NCBI RefSeq assembly: GCF_046052825.1
Contig: NZ_JAVLFP010000060.1
Location: forward strand, 87,355 to 151,354
Reading direction: 5' to 3'
Source of the DNA: Limnohabitans sp.
GTDB taxonomy: Bacteria > Pseudomonadota > Gammaproteobacteria > Burkholderiales > Burkholderiaceae_C
DNA length: 64,000 bases
In this document: positions 1 to 10,389 of the stretch, in pieces
Layout of the letters: each line of letters begins with the position of its first letter
Numbering within the stretch: position 1 is the stretch's first letter
The notes under the pieces: model-generated
The model's database searches: none
What the model was told of the DNA's origin: nothing
The model's input: the letters and a program-made list of their open reading frames with translations, nothing else
Made by a program: the position numbers and the translations under genes

Positions 1-48
1 TGACTTGTATGCGCCAAGGGCTTAGGATGTCGCATTCACAGGAATCCT

Positions 49-1458
49 ATGTCAGCTGTTTTATCAGGCCTTGAAGAAGGCTTCTCAAGCGATAAACAAA
101 TCGCTCAATTGCGCATTCCTCCGCACTCGATCGAAGCAGAGTCCAGTGTGTTGGGCGGGTTGTTGCTCGACAACGGTGCTTGGGATCGGGTCGGGGATTT
201 GTTGGTGGATGGAGACTTCTACCGCTATGAGCACCGGCAGGTGTATGCGGCGATTGGGGCCTTGGTCAACACCAGCCGTCCAGCGGATGTGATCACGGTG
301 TATGAGCATTTACAGGCCTTGGGAAAAGCGGAGGAGATCGGTGGTCTGGGCTACTTGAATGCCTTGGCGCAGTATGTGCCGAGCGCCAGCAATATTCGTC
401 GTTATGCCGAAATCGTGCGTGAGCGTTCAATTTTGCGCAAGCTGGTGAGCGCCAGCGACGAGATCGCTACCAACGCATTCAACACCCAAGGGCGTGCCGT
501 GGCACAAATCTTGGACGAGGCAGAGCAAAAAATCTTCAACATAGGGGAAGAGGGCTCGCGGATGAAGCAAGGCTTCCAAGCGATGCCTCAATTGGTGGTT
601 GATTTGTTGGATCGCGTCCAAGAGATGGCCGACAACCAAAACGACATCACGGGTGTACCTACCGGATTCTTTGACTTTGATCGCATGACGTCTGGCCTGC
701 AGCCCGGAGACTTGATCGTCTTGGCTGCTCGTCCCTCCATGGGTAAGACCGCCTTGGCGATCAACATAGCAGAGCATGTGGCCTTGAATGAAGGATTGCC
801 GGTTGCCGTTTTCTCTATGGAAATGGGCGCTTCACAATTGGCGGTGCGTATTGTGGGCTCGATTGGTCGGATTGACCAAGGCCATTTGCGAACCGGTAAA
901 TTGAGTGATGACGAGTGGCCGCGTTTGACCGAGGCGATCGAAAAATTACGCAATGTTTCTTTGCACATTGACGAAACGCCAGGATTGACTCCGAGTGAAC
1001 TTCGTGCAAACGCCCGTCGTTTGGCGCGACAGTGCGGCAAATTGGGTTTGATCGTGGTCGACTATTTGCAGTTGATGAGCGGTTCAAACAGCAGCGGAGG
1101 AGATAACCGTGCAACTGAAATTGGTGAGATTTCACGTGGCTTGAAAATGCTGGCCAAAGAATTGCAATGCCCCGTGATTGCATTGTCTCAGTTGAACCGA
1201 AGTGTGGAGCAGCGCACGGACAAGCGCCCAATGATGAGTGACTTGCGTGAGTCAGGCGCCATTGAGCAAGACGCTGACGTGATCATGTTCATTTACCGCG
1301 ATGATTACTACAACAAAGAATCCAAAGAGCCCGGTGTTGCTGAAGTGATCATCGGCAAGCAACGCAATGGACCCACGGGCACAGTCAAGCTGGCCTTCTT
1401 GAAACCTCTGACCAAGTTTGAGAGTTTGGCCAGTGGTTACAACAACGGCGACTTCTGA
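49..1458 (+). CDS. dnaB: replicative DNA helicase DnaB
   Basis: 469-aa ORF with a RecA-type core: Walker A ARPSMGKTALAIN, Walker B LIVVDYLQLM and IALSQLNR. Length is normal, with no intein insertion. Confidence 0.95.
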   Translation: MSAVLSGLEEGFSSDKQIAQLRIPPHSIEAESSVLGGLLLDNGAWDRVGDLLVDGDFYRYEHRQVYAAIGALVNTSRPADVITVYEHLQALGKAEEIGGLGYLNALAQYVPSASNIRRYAEIVRERSILRKLVSASDEIATNAFNTQGRAVAQILDEAEQKIFNIGEEGSRMKQGFQAMPQLVVDLLDRVQEMADNQNDITGVPTGFFDFDRMTSGLQPGDLIVLAARPSMGKTALAINIAEHVALNEGLPVAVFSMEMGASQLAVRIVGSIGRIDQGHLRTGKLSDDEWPRLTEAIEKLRNVSLHIDETPGLTPSELRANARRLARQCGKLGLIVVDYLQLMSGSNSSGGDNRATEIGEISRGLKMLAKELQCPVIALSQLNRSVEQRTDKRPMMSDLRESGAIEQDADVIMFIYRDDYYNKESKEPGVAEVIIGKQRNGPTGTVKLAFLKPLTKFESLASGYNNGDF

Positions 1459-1461
1459 GTC

Positions 1462-3150
1462 TTAGAGAACGTCGCTGGCGTAGTCTGCCAATCGAGAGCG
1501 TTCGCCTCGCGCCAATGTGATGTGACCGCCATGCGGCCAACCTTTGAACCGGTCCACGGCAAAGGTCAATCCGGAAGAGCCTTCACTCAAATAAGGCGTG
1601 TCAATTTGAGCCAAGTTGCCCATGCAAACAATCTTGGTTCCAGGACCCGCTCGCGTGATCAATGTCTTCATTTGCTTGGGCGTTAAATTTTGCGCCTCGT
1701 CAATGATCAGGTACTTGTTCAAGAACGTTCGCCCTCGCATGAAGTTCAGGCTCTTGATCTTGATACGGCTGCGAATCAATTCACTGGTGGCTGCCCGACC
1801 CCATTCGCCAGCGCTGGTTTCGGTCTTGGCCAATACCTCAAGGTTGTCGTCTAAAGCGCCCATCCATGGGCCCATCTTTTCCTCTTCGGTGCCTGGCAAA
1901 AAGCCAATGTCTTCACCCACACTCACCGTGGCGCGTGTCATGATGATTTCGGTGTAACGACGCTCGTCGAGCACTTGCGTTAAGCCAGCGGCCAAAGCCA
2001 TCAAGGTTTTACCCGTACCCGCTGTGCCTGTGAGTGTGACGAAATCAATCTCATGATCTGTCAGTAAATTCATGGCAAAGTTTTGTTCGCGGTTGCGGGT
2101 GGTGACGCCCCAAACAGCATTCTTGAGGTGATTGAAGTCCTTGAGTGTTTTCAAAACCACCGTTTTGCCACGGATTTCAGTCACCCGGGCATACAAACTG
2201 GGTTCGCCAGGGGCCTCGAAATAGACAAACTGGTTGATGTGCAACTCTGGCACGATGGGTCCAGCCAAACGGTAGAAGGTCTGGCTGCCGCTTTGCCAGC
2301 TTTCCACCGACTTGGCGTGTTTGATCCAGAAATCATGCGGAAGGGCCAAGGCGCCAGAGTACAACAAGTCCCCATCTTCGAGCGTCTTGTCGTTTTGATA
2401 GTCTTCTGCCGCCAAGCCCAATGCGCGTGCTTTGACCCGCATGTTGATGTCTTTGGAGACCAGCACCACGTCACGGGGGGCATGTTGCAGCCTTAATGCA
2501 TCGACAACCCCCAGAATTTGGTTATCGGCCTTACCTTGGGGCAGGCTGGCTGGCAAATTGAAGTCGAGTGTTTGGGTTTGAAAGAACAATCGCCCACCCA
2601 CTTGACGATGGCCGGTGCTGTCGAGTTTCAAGCCTGATGTGATGTCAGCGCCGTGGTTGGCCACCAATGCATCCAATGTCCGACTGGTTTGCCGTGCATT
2701 TCGCGCGACTTCAGTGACACCTTTTTTGTTGCTGTCGAGCTCTTCCAGCACGATCATGGGTAAAAAGATGTCATGTTCTTCGAAGTTGAACAGGCACATG
2801 GGGTCGTGCATCAACACATTGGTGTCAAGCACAAACAGTTTGACAGGCCCGCTTCGTTTGGCCTTTTTAGGGGATGTTGCAACCGAAGTCGTTTGACGGG
2901 CAGCCACAGGTCGGCGCTCTGGAGGTCGAGCTTTCTCGCTGGCCTGGACGGGAGTCAGGTGCACGTGGGCTTTTGGGCTGATGTCGTGGCTGGCGTGTTG
3001 CGGCGCTTCAAACGATGTCGTGTCTGGGCTGTGATCGGCTTCCTCGTCTTGGACCAAAGCCCTGCGCGTTGGACGAGATTTTGTGGCGGCTTCAAGGCCT
3101 TCATTGCTCAGTATGGCGGCGCGTTTGGTAGGTGCAGGAGGCAGTGGCAT
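1462..3150 (-). CDS. PhoH-family ATPase with N-terminal PIN domain (YlaK-like)
   Basis: 562-aa ORF. PIN-like FVLDTNVLMHDP...MIVLEELD is followed by P-loop GTAGTGKTLMALAAG and Walker B LIIDEAQNL. The first ~105 aa are low-complexity Pro/Ala/Ser/Lys/Arg. Confidence 0.85.
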   Translation of the reverse strand: MPLPPAPTKRAAILSNEGLEAATKSRPTRRALVQDEEADHSPDTTSFEAPQHASHDISPKAHVHLTPVQASEKARPPERRPVAARQTTSVATSPKKAKRSGPVKLFVLDTNVLMHDPMCLFNFEEHDIFLPMIVLEELDSNKKGVTEVARNARQTSRTLDALVANHGADITSGLKLDSTGHRQVGGRLFFQTQTLDFNLPASLPQGKADNQILGVVDALRLQHAPRDVVLVSKDINMRVKARALGLAAEDYQNDKTLEDGDLLYSGALALPHDFWIKHAKSVESWQSGSQTFYRLAGPIVPELHINQFVYFEAPGEPSLYARVTEIRGKTVVLKTLKDFNHLKNAVWGVTTRNREQNFAMNLLTDHEIDFVTLTGTAGTGKTLMALAAGLTQVLDERRYTEIIMTRATVSVGEDIGFLPGTEEEKMGPWMGALDDNLEVLAKTETSAGEWGRAATSELIRSRIKIKSLNFMRGRTFLNKYLIIDEAQNLTPKQMKTLITRAGPGTKIVCMGNLAQIDTPYLSEGSSGLTFAVDRFKGWPHGGHITLARGERSRLADYASDVL

Positions 3151-3200
3151 GGGATGGTCAAAAGGAAGGTTAAAACGCAGGCATGAGGCTTAAAAAGCGC

Positions 3201-3229
3201 AAAAGCCGCCTGGTGTCCAAGCGGCTTTT
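3201..3229 (-). terminator. intrinsic terminator downstream of bcp
   Basis: Inverted repeat aaaagccgc / gcggctttt (3201-3209 and 3221-3229). On the minus strand it is followed by a T-rich run, about 80 nt after the bcp stop. Confidence 0.6.
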
Positions 3230-3311
3230 GTGGGGTGAAACGTGTTCTCGTCTTTCATCGTCATAGAGCCACTATACCCGAGCCCCATGACGGTTGTTGG
3301 GCATGAATCGT

Positions 3312-3791
3312 TCAGCCACCTGCCTTTTTCAAAACTTTGACGGCTTTGAGCACATCATCCACGTGACCTGGTACTTTCAGTCCTCGCCATTCTTCTTTGA
3401 GCAGACCGTCAGCGCCAATCAAGAAGGTGCTCCGCTCAATGCCCTTGACTTTCTTGCCGTACATGATTTTGTTTTTCACCACGCCAAACATATGGCACAT
3501 CTTTTCTTCGGTGTCCGCAATCAACTCAAAGGGTAGTTCGAGTTTGGTTTTGAAGTCATCATGCGACTTCATGTTGTCACGAGAGACCCCAAACACGACA
3601 GCACCGGCTTTGACGAAATCTTTGTATTTGTCTCGGAATTGCATCGCTTCTGTGGTGCACCCAGGCGTGTTGTCCTTGGGGTAAAAGTACAGCACCAACA
3701 TTTGTCCGGTGTGCGAGTTGTTGGACACCTTGATGCCACCCGTGGCATTGGCTTCAAATTCGGGAAGGGGTTTGTTGACAACAATTGCCAT
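3312..3791 (-). CDS. bcp: thiol peroxidase / peroxiredoxin Bcp
   Basis: 159 aa with the peroxidatic-Cys motif KDNTPGCTTEA and an AhpC/TSA-type layout. Confidence 0.9.
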   Translation of the reverse strand: MAIVVNKPLPEFEANATGGIKVSNNSHTGQMLVLYFYPKDNTPGCTTEAMQFRDKYKDFVKAGAVVFGVSRDNMKSHDDFKTKLELPFELIADTEEKMCHMFGVVKNKIMYGKKVKGIERSTFLIGADGLLKEEWRGLKVPGHVDDVLKAVKVLKKAGG

Positions 3792-3931
3792 AGCGCTTCA
3801 ATCAGGTGTGACAGTAAAGACGGCCGATGGTCTGGGGCAACTGTCTAGACGCCCCCAACGGCAACCTGTTATTTTAACTTGAAATCAAATCGGACCTTGT
3901 ATTTCGCCCAGATGACCAACTCGTGGCGGAT

Positions 3932-4315
3932 TCAACACTTCATTGGGCTGTCTATCAACAGTGCCGCAGCCACCTTGCGGCCCTCGCCTGCCAAGATGTT
4001 GTAGGTGCGGCAGGCTGCTTGGGTGTCCATGGTTTCCAAACCGATGCGTTTTTCCATCATGCCTTGAATCCAGCCGGGGGATACAAAACGGAGCAAACGT
4101 CCGCTGCCAAAAATAACCAACTCGACATCAAGTTGGGCCAGTTGCGCAAAATGCGAGGGCTCTAAGTCTTCAAACCGCTCGCATTGCCAATCGAGTTGAG
4201 CGCCGTTCGATGAGATGACCACGCTGTGGTGAATTTTTTCCCCCTGGATGGCCACCCATCCGGGGCCATACCCCGTGACAGAGGGCACATCGATTCGGTC
4301 GGGTTGCAGTTTCAT
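3932..4315 (-). CDS. Mth938-like (DUF498) domain protein
   Basis: 127 aa. The pattern ...VIFGSG...PGWIQGMMEKRIGLETMDTQAACRTYNILAGEGRKVAAALL matches my recollection of the Mth938/DUF498 family. Confidence 0.6.
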   Translation of the reverse strand: MKLQPDRIDVPSVTGYGPGWVAIQGEKIHHSVVISSNGAQLDWQCERFEDLEPSHFAQLAQLDVELVIFGSGRLLRFVSPGWIQGMMEKRIGLETMDTQAACRTYNILAGEGRKVAAALLIDSPMKC

Positions 4316-4404
4316 GGTGGGTTGTCGAGGTGGTGTGCTTGAAGCGTGCGAGTTCTGTGGTCAAATTATAGGTTTTCACCCGTAAAAGCGCCCCCGGAGG
4401 GACT

Positions 4405-5631
4405 TTGAAGAAGATCCAAAAATCCAACAAGCTGTCCAACGTCTGTTATGACATACGCGGTCCCATCATGGACCGAGCCCGTCAAATGGAGGAGGAAGGC
4501 CACAAGATCATCAAGCTCAACATCGGCAACTTGGCCGTGTTTGGGTTTGATGCGCCAGAAGAGATTCAGCAAGACATGATCCGAAATTTGCCCAATTCGG
4601 CAGGTTATTCGGACAGCAAAGGCATTTTTGGGGCTCGAAAAGCCGTCATGCACGAGACCCAAAAACAAGGCATCAAAGGTGTCACGCTGGATGATATTTA
4701 CTTGGGCAACGGTGCCAGCGAATTGATTGTGATGGCCACCAACGCGTTGTTGAACAACGGCGACGAGCTATTACTGCCAGCACCTGACTATCCATTGTGG
4801 ACGGCAGCGGTCAGTCTGTCTGGCGGCACACCCGTTCATTACCTCTGTGATGAAGACAATGGCTGGATGCCAAACCTCGACGACATCCGTGCCAAGATCA
4901 CGTCGAACACCAAAGGTATTGTGGTGATCAACCCCAACAACCCCACGGGAGCTTTGTATTCTGATGACTTGCTCAAGCAGATCGTCTCTCTGGCCCGTGA
5001 AAATGGCTTGGTCATCTTTGCTGACGAGGTGTACGACAAGGTGCTGTATGACGGCATCAAGCACACGCCTATCGCCAGCCTGAGCCAAGATGTGTTGACG
5101 TTGACCTTCAACTCTTTGTCTAAAAGCTACCGTTCTTGTGGGTATCGAGCAGGCTGGTTGGTGGTCTCGGGTGACAAAAAGCCCGCCACAGATTACATCG
5201 AGGGCTTGAACATGCTCTCCAACATGCGGCTGTGCGCGAATGTGCCAGGCCAATGGGCCATCCAAACAGCTTTGGGGGGGTACCAGAGCATCAACGATTT
5301 GGTGGGGGAGGGTGGTCGGTTGCGCAAGCAACGCGATTTGGCCTATGAACTCATCAGCGCAATCCCCGGCGTGAGTTGTGTCAAACCTCAGGCTGCACTT
5401 TACATGTTCCCACGTCTGGATCCCAAGGTTTACCCGATCCAAGATGACCAACATTTTTTCTTGGAATTGCTCCAAGAAACCAAAGTCATGTTGGTGCAAG
5501 GGACAGGATTCAACTGGCCCAGTACCGACCACTTTCGCATCGTGTTCTTACCGCATGAAGATGACTTGCGCGAAGCCATTGCGCGCATCGCCAAATTCCT
5601 AGAAAACTACCGTCACAAACATTCCGCATGA
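4405..5631 (+). CDS. alaA: PLP-dependent glutamate-pyruvate (alanine) aminotransferase, AlaA-like
   Basis: 408 aa, near-colinear with E. coli AlaA as I recall it (KLSNVCYDIRGP, NIGN, APDYPLWTAAVSLSGG, NPNNPTG, PLP-lysine motif SLSKSYRSCGYRAGW). TTG start at 4405 is preceded by GGAGGG. Confidence 0.85.
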   Translation: MKKIQKSNKLSNVCYDIRGPIMDRARQMEEEGHKIIKLNIGNLAVFGFDAPEEIQQDMIRNLPNSAGYSDSKGIFGARKAVMHETQKQGIKGVTLDDIYLGNGASELIVMATNALLNNGDELLLPAPDYPLWTAAVSLSGGTPVHYLCDEDNGWMPNLDDIRAKITSNTKGIVVINPNNPTGALYSDDLLKQIVSLARENGLVIFADEVYDKVLYDGIKHTPIASLSQDVLTLTFNSLSKSYRSCGYRAGWLVVSGDKKPATDYIEGLNMLSNMRLCANVPGQWAIQTALGGYQSINDLVGEGGRLRKQRDLAYELISAIPGVSCVKPQAALYMFPRLDPKVYPIQDDQHFFLELLQETKVMLVQGTGFNWPSTDHFRIVFLPHEDDLREAIARIAKFLENYRHKHSA

Positions 5632-6938
5632 AACCGATACAAGTAGGCCTTTTCGGCATAGGCACCGTGGGACGAGGCACTTTTGAAGTGCTCCAACGCA
5701 ACCAAGAAGAAATTCAACGCCGAGCTGGGCGACCGATTCAAATCACCATGGTGGCTGATTTGGATACGGCCCGAGCCCAATCCATCGTAGGCAGCGACAT
5801 TCAAGTGGTCGGCGATGCCCGCCAAATCATCGCCAACCCTGAGATCGATATCGTGGTCGAATTGATCGGTGGCTACGGCGTTGCCAAGCAATTGGTGTTG
5901 GAAGCTATTGCAGCCGGCAAGCATGTGGTCACGGCCAACAAAGCGTTGCTCGCTGTGCATGGGACAGAAATTTTTGCCGCCGCACACCAGAAAGGCGTGA
6001 TGGTTGCATTTGAGGCTGCTGTGGCAGGGGGGATTCCGATCATCAAGGCCCTGCGCGAAGGTCTCACGGCCAACCGCATCCAGTGGTTGGCGGGCATCAT
6101 CAATGGCACCACCAATTTCATCTTGTCTGAGATGCGCGACAAAGGCTTGGCTTTTGATGACGTGCTCAAGCAAGCGCAAGCCTTGGGTTATGCCGAGGCA
6201 GACCCTACGTTTGACATTGAAGGTGTGGATGCCGCGCACAAAGCCACCCTCATGTCGGCCATTGCGTTTGGGGTGCCAGTTCAGTTTGACAAAGCCTATG
6301 TAGAAGGCATCACCAAGCTGGAATCACAAGACATTCGCTATGCCGAACAGCTGGGCTATCGCATCAAGCTCTTGGGGATTTCTAAGCGCACGGCGCACGG
6401 CATTGAGCTGCGAGTTCACCCTTGTCTTGTGCCCGCCAAGCGCCTGATTGCCAATGTCGAGGGCGCGATGAACGCCGTCATGGTGCACGCCGATGCTGTG
6501 GGGACGACCCTGTACTACGGCAAAGGCGCAGGCAGCGAGCCTACGGCCAGCGCAGTGATCGCCGATCTGGTGGACATCACACGTTTGCACACCGTGGATC
6601 CACTGAACCGTGTACCGCATCTGGCATTCCAGCCCGATGCGATGAGCGACTTGCCGATGCTCTCCATGGACCGAGTGGTGACCAGTTATTACCTTCGCCT
6701 TCGCGTGGCCGACCAAGCGGGTGTATTGGCCAAGGTGACGGGTATTTTGGCTGCCGCCGACATCAGCATTGACGCGGTTCTTCAGCGTGAAGCGGGTGAG
6801 GGCGAGAGCTACACCGACCTGATCATTCTGACCCATGACTGCCCAGAAGCCAAAATGAACCAAGCCTTGGCTGAAATGCAGCAACTCACCACGGTTCTTG
6901 CACCTATCACGCGTATCCGCAAAGAAGAGCTCAACTGA
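5628..6938 (+). CDS. hom: homoserine dehydrogenase
   Basis: 436 aa with N-terminal NAD(P) fold VGLFGIGTVG, a catalytic core and a C-terminal ACT-like region. Its ATG overlaps the alaA stop by 4 nt. Confidence 0.9.
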   Translation: MKPIQVGLFGIGTVGRGTFEVLQRNQEEIQRRAGRPIQITMVADLDTARAQSIVGSDIQVVGDARQIIANPEIDIVVELIGGYGVAKQLVLEAIAAGKHVVTANKALLAVHGTEIFAAAHQKGVMVAFEAAVAGGIPIIKALREGLTANRIQWLAGIINGTTNFILSEMRDKGLAFDDVLKQAQALGYAEADPTFDIEGVDAAHKATLMSAIAFGVPVQFDKAYVEGITKLESQDIRYAEQLGYRIKLLGISKRTAHGIELRVHPCLVPAKRLIANVEGAMNAVMVHADAVGTTLYYGKGAGSEPTASAVIADLVDITRLHTVDPLNRVPHLAFQPDAMSDLPMLSMDRVVTSYYLRLRVADQAGVLAKVTGILAAADISIDAVLQREAGEGESYTDLIILTHDCPEAKMNQALAEMQQLTTVLAPITRIRKEELN

Positions 6939-8371
6939 TGCAATACCTGTCGACCCGCGGCCACCCAGAACGCAAACGTTTTTGCGAAATCTTGTTGGAA
7001 GGTTTGGCCCCCGATGGCGGCCTTTACTTGCCGCAACACTATCCTCAAGTGGCAGGGACTGAGTTGGCGCGTTTGCGAAGTGTTTACGCGTCGAAGGGAT
7101 ATGCCCACCTTGCGTATGAGGTGCTCTCCCTCTACATCGACGACATTCCAGCCGATGACCTCAAGGCCTTGTGCATCAAGACCTACACCCCAGAAGTTTT
7201 TGGCACAGCCGCCATCGTCCCCGTGCGTCCGCTGGAGCCGGGTGTCTTCGTTGAAGCCCTCTCCAACGGGCCCACCTTGGCATTCAAGGACATGGCGATG
7301 CAACTGCTTGGCAACTTGTTTGAGTACGAGTTAGCTCGCCGTGGCGAAGAGCTCAATATTTTTGGTGCCACCAGTGGTGACACAGGAAGCGCGGCCGAAT
7401 ATGCCATGCGCGGCAAACACGGCGTACGTGTCTTCATGACCAGCCCACACGGGCGCATGAGCCCGTTCCAGCAAGCGCAAATGTTCAGTCTGCTGGATGA
7501 AAACATCCACAACATCGCGATTGAAGGTGTGTTTGACGATTGCCAAGATTTGGTCAAGGCAGTGTCCAATGATTTGGACTTCAAGAGCCGGTACAAAATT
7601 GGCACAGTCAACTCCATCAACTGGGCACGCTTGTTAGCTCAGGTGGTCTATTACTTTGCTGGTTATTTTCAAGTCACCTCAGACAATGCGCAGCAGGCAA
7701 GTTTTACCGTGCCGAGTGGGAACTTTGGCAATGTGTGTGCGGGTCATGTGGCGCGCATGATGGGCTTGCCGATCGCCCAACTGGTGGTGGCAACCAATGA
7801 AAACGATGTGTTGGATGAGTTTTTCCGAACGGGCGTCTACCGTGTGCGCGGCAGTGCCGACACCCATGAAACATCCAGTCCCTCCATGGACATTTCCAAG
7901 GCCAGCAATTTCGAGCGCTTTGTCTTTGACCTGCTGGGCCGTGATGGTGCCCGCGTCGACACCCTGTTTCGGCATGAACTTTCGGCCAATGGTCGATTTG
8001 ACTTGAGCGCAGATCCTCTGTTTGAGCAAGCGCATGCACGCTACGGATTTGTCAGTGGCAAAAGCACCCATGCGGATCGGTTGCAGACCATTCGCTCGGT
8101 CCACCAAGCCTTTGGCCAAATGGTGGATACGCACACGGCCGATGGCATCAAAGTTGCCCGTGAGCATGTGTCTGCAGGCGTGCCCATGGTGGTGCTTGAG
8201 ACCGCTTTGCCGATCAAGTTTGCGGCCACCATCGTCGAGGCCCTGAACCAAGAGCCTGAACGACCTTCAAAGTTTGATGGCCTAGAGCTTTTACCTCGCC
8301 GGGTACGCGTGATGGCTGCTGACGTGACACTGGTCAAAGATTACATTCGCCAGCACTGCGCTCATTCATGA
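6938..8371 (+). CDS. thrC: threonine synthase
   Basis: 477 aa with N-terminal MQYLSTRG and PLP-lysine motif PTLAFKDMAMQ. Its ATG shares 1 nt with the hom stop. Confidence 0.9.
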   Translation: MQYLSTRGHPERKRFCEILLEGLAPDGGLYLPQHYPQVAGTELARLRSVYASKGYAHLAYEVLSLYIDDIPADDLKALCIKTYTPEVFGTAAIVPVRPLEPGVFVEALSNGPTLAFKDMAMQLLGNLFEYELARRGEELNIFGATSGDTGSAAEYAMRGKHGVRVFMTSPHGRMSPFQQAQMFSLLDENIHNIAIEGVFDDCQDLVKAVSNDLDFKSRYKIGTVNSINWARLLAQVVYYFAGYFQVTSDNAQQASFTVPSGNFGNVCAGHVARMMGLPIAQLVVATNENDVLDEFFRTGVYRVRGSADTHETSSPSMDISKASNFERFVFDLLGRDGARVDTLFRHELSANGRFDLSADPLFEQAHARYGFVSGKSTHADRLQTIRSVHQAFGQMVDTHTADGIKVAREHVSAGVPMVVLETALPIKFAATIVEALNQEPERPSKFDGLELLPRRVRVMAADVTLVKDYIRQHCAHS

Positions 8372-8898
8372 AGGTGGTGGCTTTTGCTGGTTTTTCTGGC
8401 TCCGGAAAAACCACCTTGGTGGAGCAAATGATCGGTGTCATGCGAATGCGCCACCTGCGTGTGTCTGTGGTCAAGCACGCGCACCACGACTTTGACATTG
8501 ACCATCCAGGCAAAGACAGTTGGCGCCATCGGGAAGCCGGAGCATTTGAAGTGGTGTTGGCATCGCACCGACGGTTGGTTTTGCAACGTGAATTTGAACA
8601 ACCCACCCAGCTTTCGGTGCATCATTTGTTGGCCGAAGTCTACGACGGTGTCGACTGGGTTTTGGTTGAGGGCTTCAAGCACAGCGATCTGCAAAAAATT
8701 GAGGTTTGGCGCCTGTCTTCAGGGCAGCCCGTGCGCTACCCAGAAGACGACTTTGTGGTGGCTATTGCCACCGATACCCCTGAGGCATTGCCAGAACCTA
8801 CGCAGCGTCCTGTGCTAGATTTGAACGATCCTCAAGCTGTCTGCGATTGGTTGCTCACCCACCAAGACCGATTTGACTACACCCCACCTTTGATATGA
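8368..8898 (+). CDS. mobB: molybdopterin-guanine dinucleotide biosynthesis adaptor MobB
   Basis: 176 aa with P-loop GFSGSGKTTLV. ATGA overlap with the thrC stop. Confidence 0.85.
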   Translation: MKVVAFAGFSGSGKTTLVEQMIGVMRMRHLRVSVVKHAHHDFDIDHPGKDSWRHREAGAFEVVLASHRRLVLQREFEQPTQLSVHHLLAEVYDGVDWVLVEGFKHSDLQKIEVWRLSSGQPVRYPEDDFVVAIATDTPEALPEPTQRPVLDLNDPQAVCDWLLTHQDRFDYTPPLI

Positions 8899-10139
8899 CG
8901 CGACCTGCCTTGTTGTCTTTAGATGAAGCCTTGCCCCAGCTGTTGGCACATGCCAAGCCTTTGTCTGGCGTTCAGAGGGTCTCGACTTTTGAGGCCGATG
9001 GTCGTGTTCTGGCGCAAGATGTGACGGCTGGTTTGCAAGTGCCACCGCAAGACAATAGTTCGATGGATGGCTATGCCGTGCGAGCGTCCGATTGCCTACA
9101 AGCCGGTGCGCTGCTGCGTGTCACGCAGCGCATCCCTGCGGGTACTCAGGGCGCGCCTTTGGGTGTTGGGGAGGCCGCGCGTATCTTCACCGGTGCGCCT
9201 ATTCCTGAAGGTGCTGATGCTGTGGTGATGCAAGAGGATTGCGAACCGATGGAGCCGTCATACGTCAAGGTCCTCAAACCCACGCCAGCCGGGCAGTGGA
9301 TTCGCCGCTCCGGCGAGGATGTCACCCTTGGTTCCAAGGTGTTGTTGACGGGCGATCGCCTCACCCCCGCTTCTTTGGGCCTGGCGGCCAGCATTGGCAT
9401 GGCGCAGTTGCACGTGGCCGCTCGACCCCGCGTGGCATTGTTCTCAACCGGTGATGAACTGGTCATGCCAGGAGATGTGGCGCCCCAAGACATGGCTGCG
9501 GGCTCTATTTACAACTCCAACCGTTTTTTTCTGCGCGCCATGCTGCAGCGCCTGGGTTGTAAAGTCACGGATCTGGGCATCGTGCCCGACCAGCGTGAAG
9601 CCACAGTTCAAGCCTTGCGCGATGCCGCCGCTGGTCATGATCTGGTGTTGACGAGTGGTGGCGTGTCTGTGGGGGAAGAGGACCACATCAAACCTGCTGT
9701 GCAGGCCTTGGGGACCTTGAATCTGTGGCAGCTCGCCATCAAACCCGGCAAGCCGTTTGCCTACGGTCAGGTGAATCGTGCCGATCCAACCGCCGGGGTA
9801 TGCCATTTCATGGGTTTGCCAGGCAATCCAGTGTCTAGTTTTGTCACCTTCTTGTTGCTGGTTCGCCCCTTTGTGTTGGCGCTGCAAGGTTTGAAAAACA
9901 CAGACATCACCCGTACCGCACAGACCGCGAATTTTGATTGGCTTCGCGCAGACAAGCGGCGTGAATTTTTGCGTGTCAAGCGAAATGCCCAAGGTGGCTT
10001 GGACTTGTTTGCCAACCAAAGCTCTGGCGTTCTCACCTCTGCTGTCTGGGGCGATGGTGTGGTCGATAACCCTGCCGGTCAAACCATTGCAAAAGGTGAC
10101 ACAGTTCAGTTTATTTCCTTTGCGGAGTGGTTGTCATGA
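8895..10139 (+). CDS. moeA: molybdopterin molybdotransferase MoeA
   Basis: 414 aa with a MoeA-type layout (SMDGYAV, TGAPIPEGADAVV, TSGGVSVGEEDH, GLPGNPVSS). ATGA overlap with the mobB stop. Confidence 0.9.
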   Translation: MTRPALLSLDEALPQLLAHAKPLSGVQRVSTFEADGRVLAQDVTAGLQVPPQDNSSMDGYAVRASDCLQAGALLRVTQRIPAGTQGAPLGVGEAARIFTGAPIPEGADAVVMQEDCEPMEPSYVKVLKPTPAGQWIRRSGEDVTLGSKVLLTGDRLTPASLGLAASIGMAQLHVAARPRVALFSTGDELVMPGDVAPQDMAAGSIYNSNRFFLRAMLQRLGCKVTDLGIVPDQREATVQALRDAAAGHDLVLTSGGVSVGEEDHIKPAVQALGTLNLWQLAIKPGKPFAYGQVNRADPTAGVCHFMGLPGNPVSSFVTFLLLVRPFVLALQGLKNTDITRTAQTANFDWLRADKRREFLRVKRNAQGGLDLFANQSSGVLTSAVWGDGVVDNPAGQTIAKGDTVQFISFAEWLS

Positions 10140-10387
10140 ATTTGACGGTGCGTTATTTCGCATCGATCCGCGAGGCTGTGGGTTGTGGCAGTGAAGCCTT
10201 AGATACCCAAGCGGCCTCGTTGGCTGAGTTGCGAGCCGAGTTGATCTCACGTGGCGGGGCTTACGCCGAGGCGCTGGCCCAAGGACGAGCGGTGCGCATG
10301 GCGCTCAACCAAGACCTGTGCGAGGCGACTGCAACCTTGTCCGAAGGCTGTGAGGTGGCCTTTTTTCCTCCAGTGACCGGTGGTTGA
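10136..10387 (+). CDS. moaD: molybdopterin synthase sulfur-carrier subunit MoaD
   Basis: 83 aa ending in PPVTGG. ATG 10136 overlaps the moeA stop (ATGA) and has GGAG 8 nt upstream. The ORF-track GTG at 10127 is an alternative start. Confidence 0.8.
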   Translation: MNLTVRYFASIREAVGCGSEALDTQAASLAELRAELISRGGAYAEALAQGRAVRMALNQDLCEATATLSEGCEVAFFPPVTGG

Positions 10388-10389
10388 TC

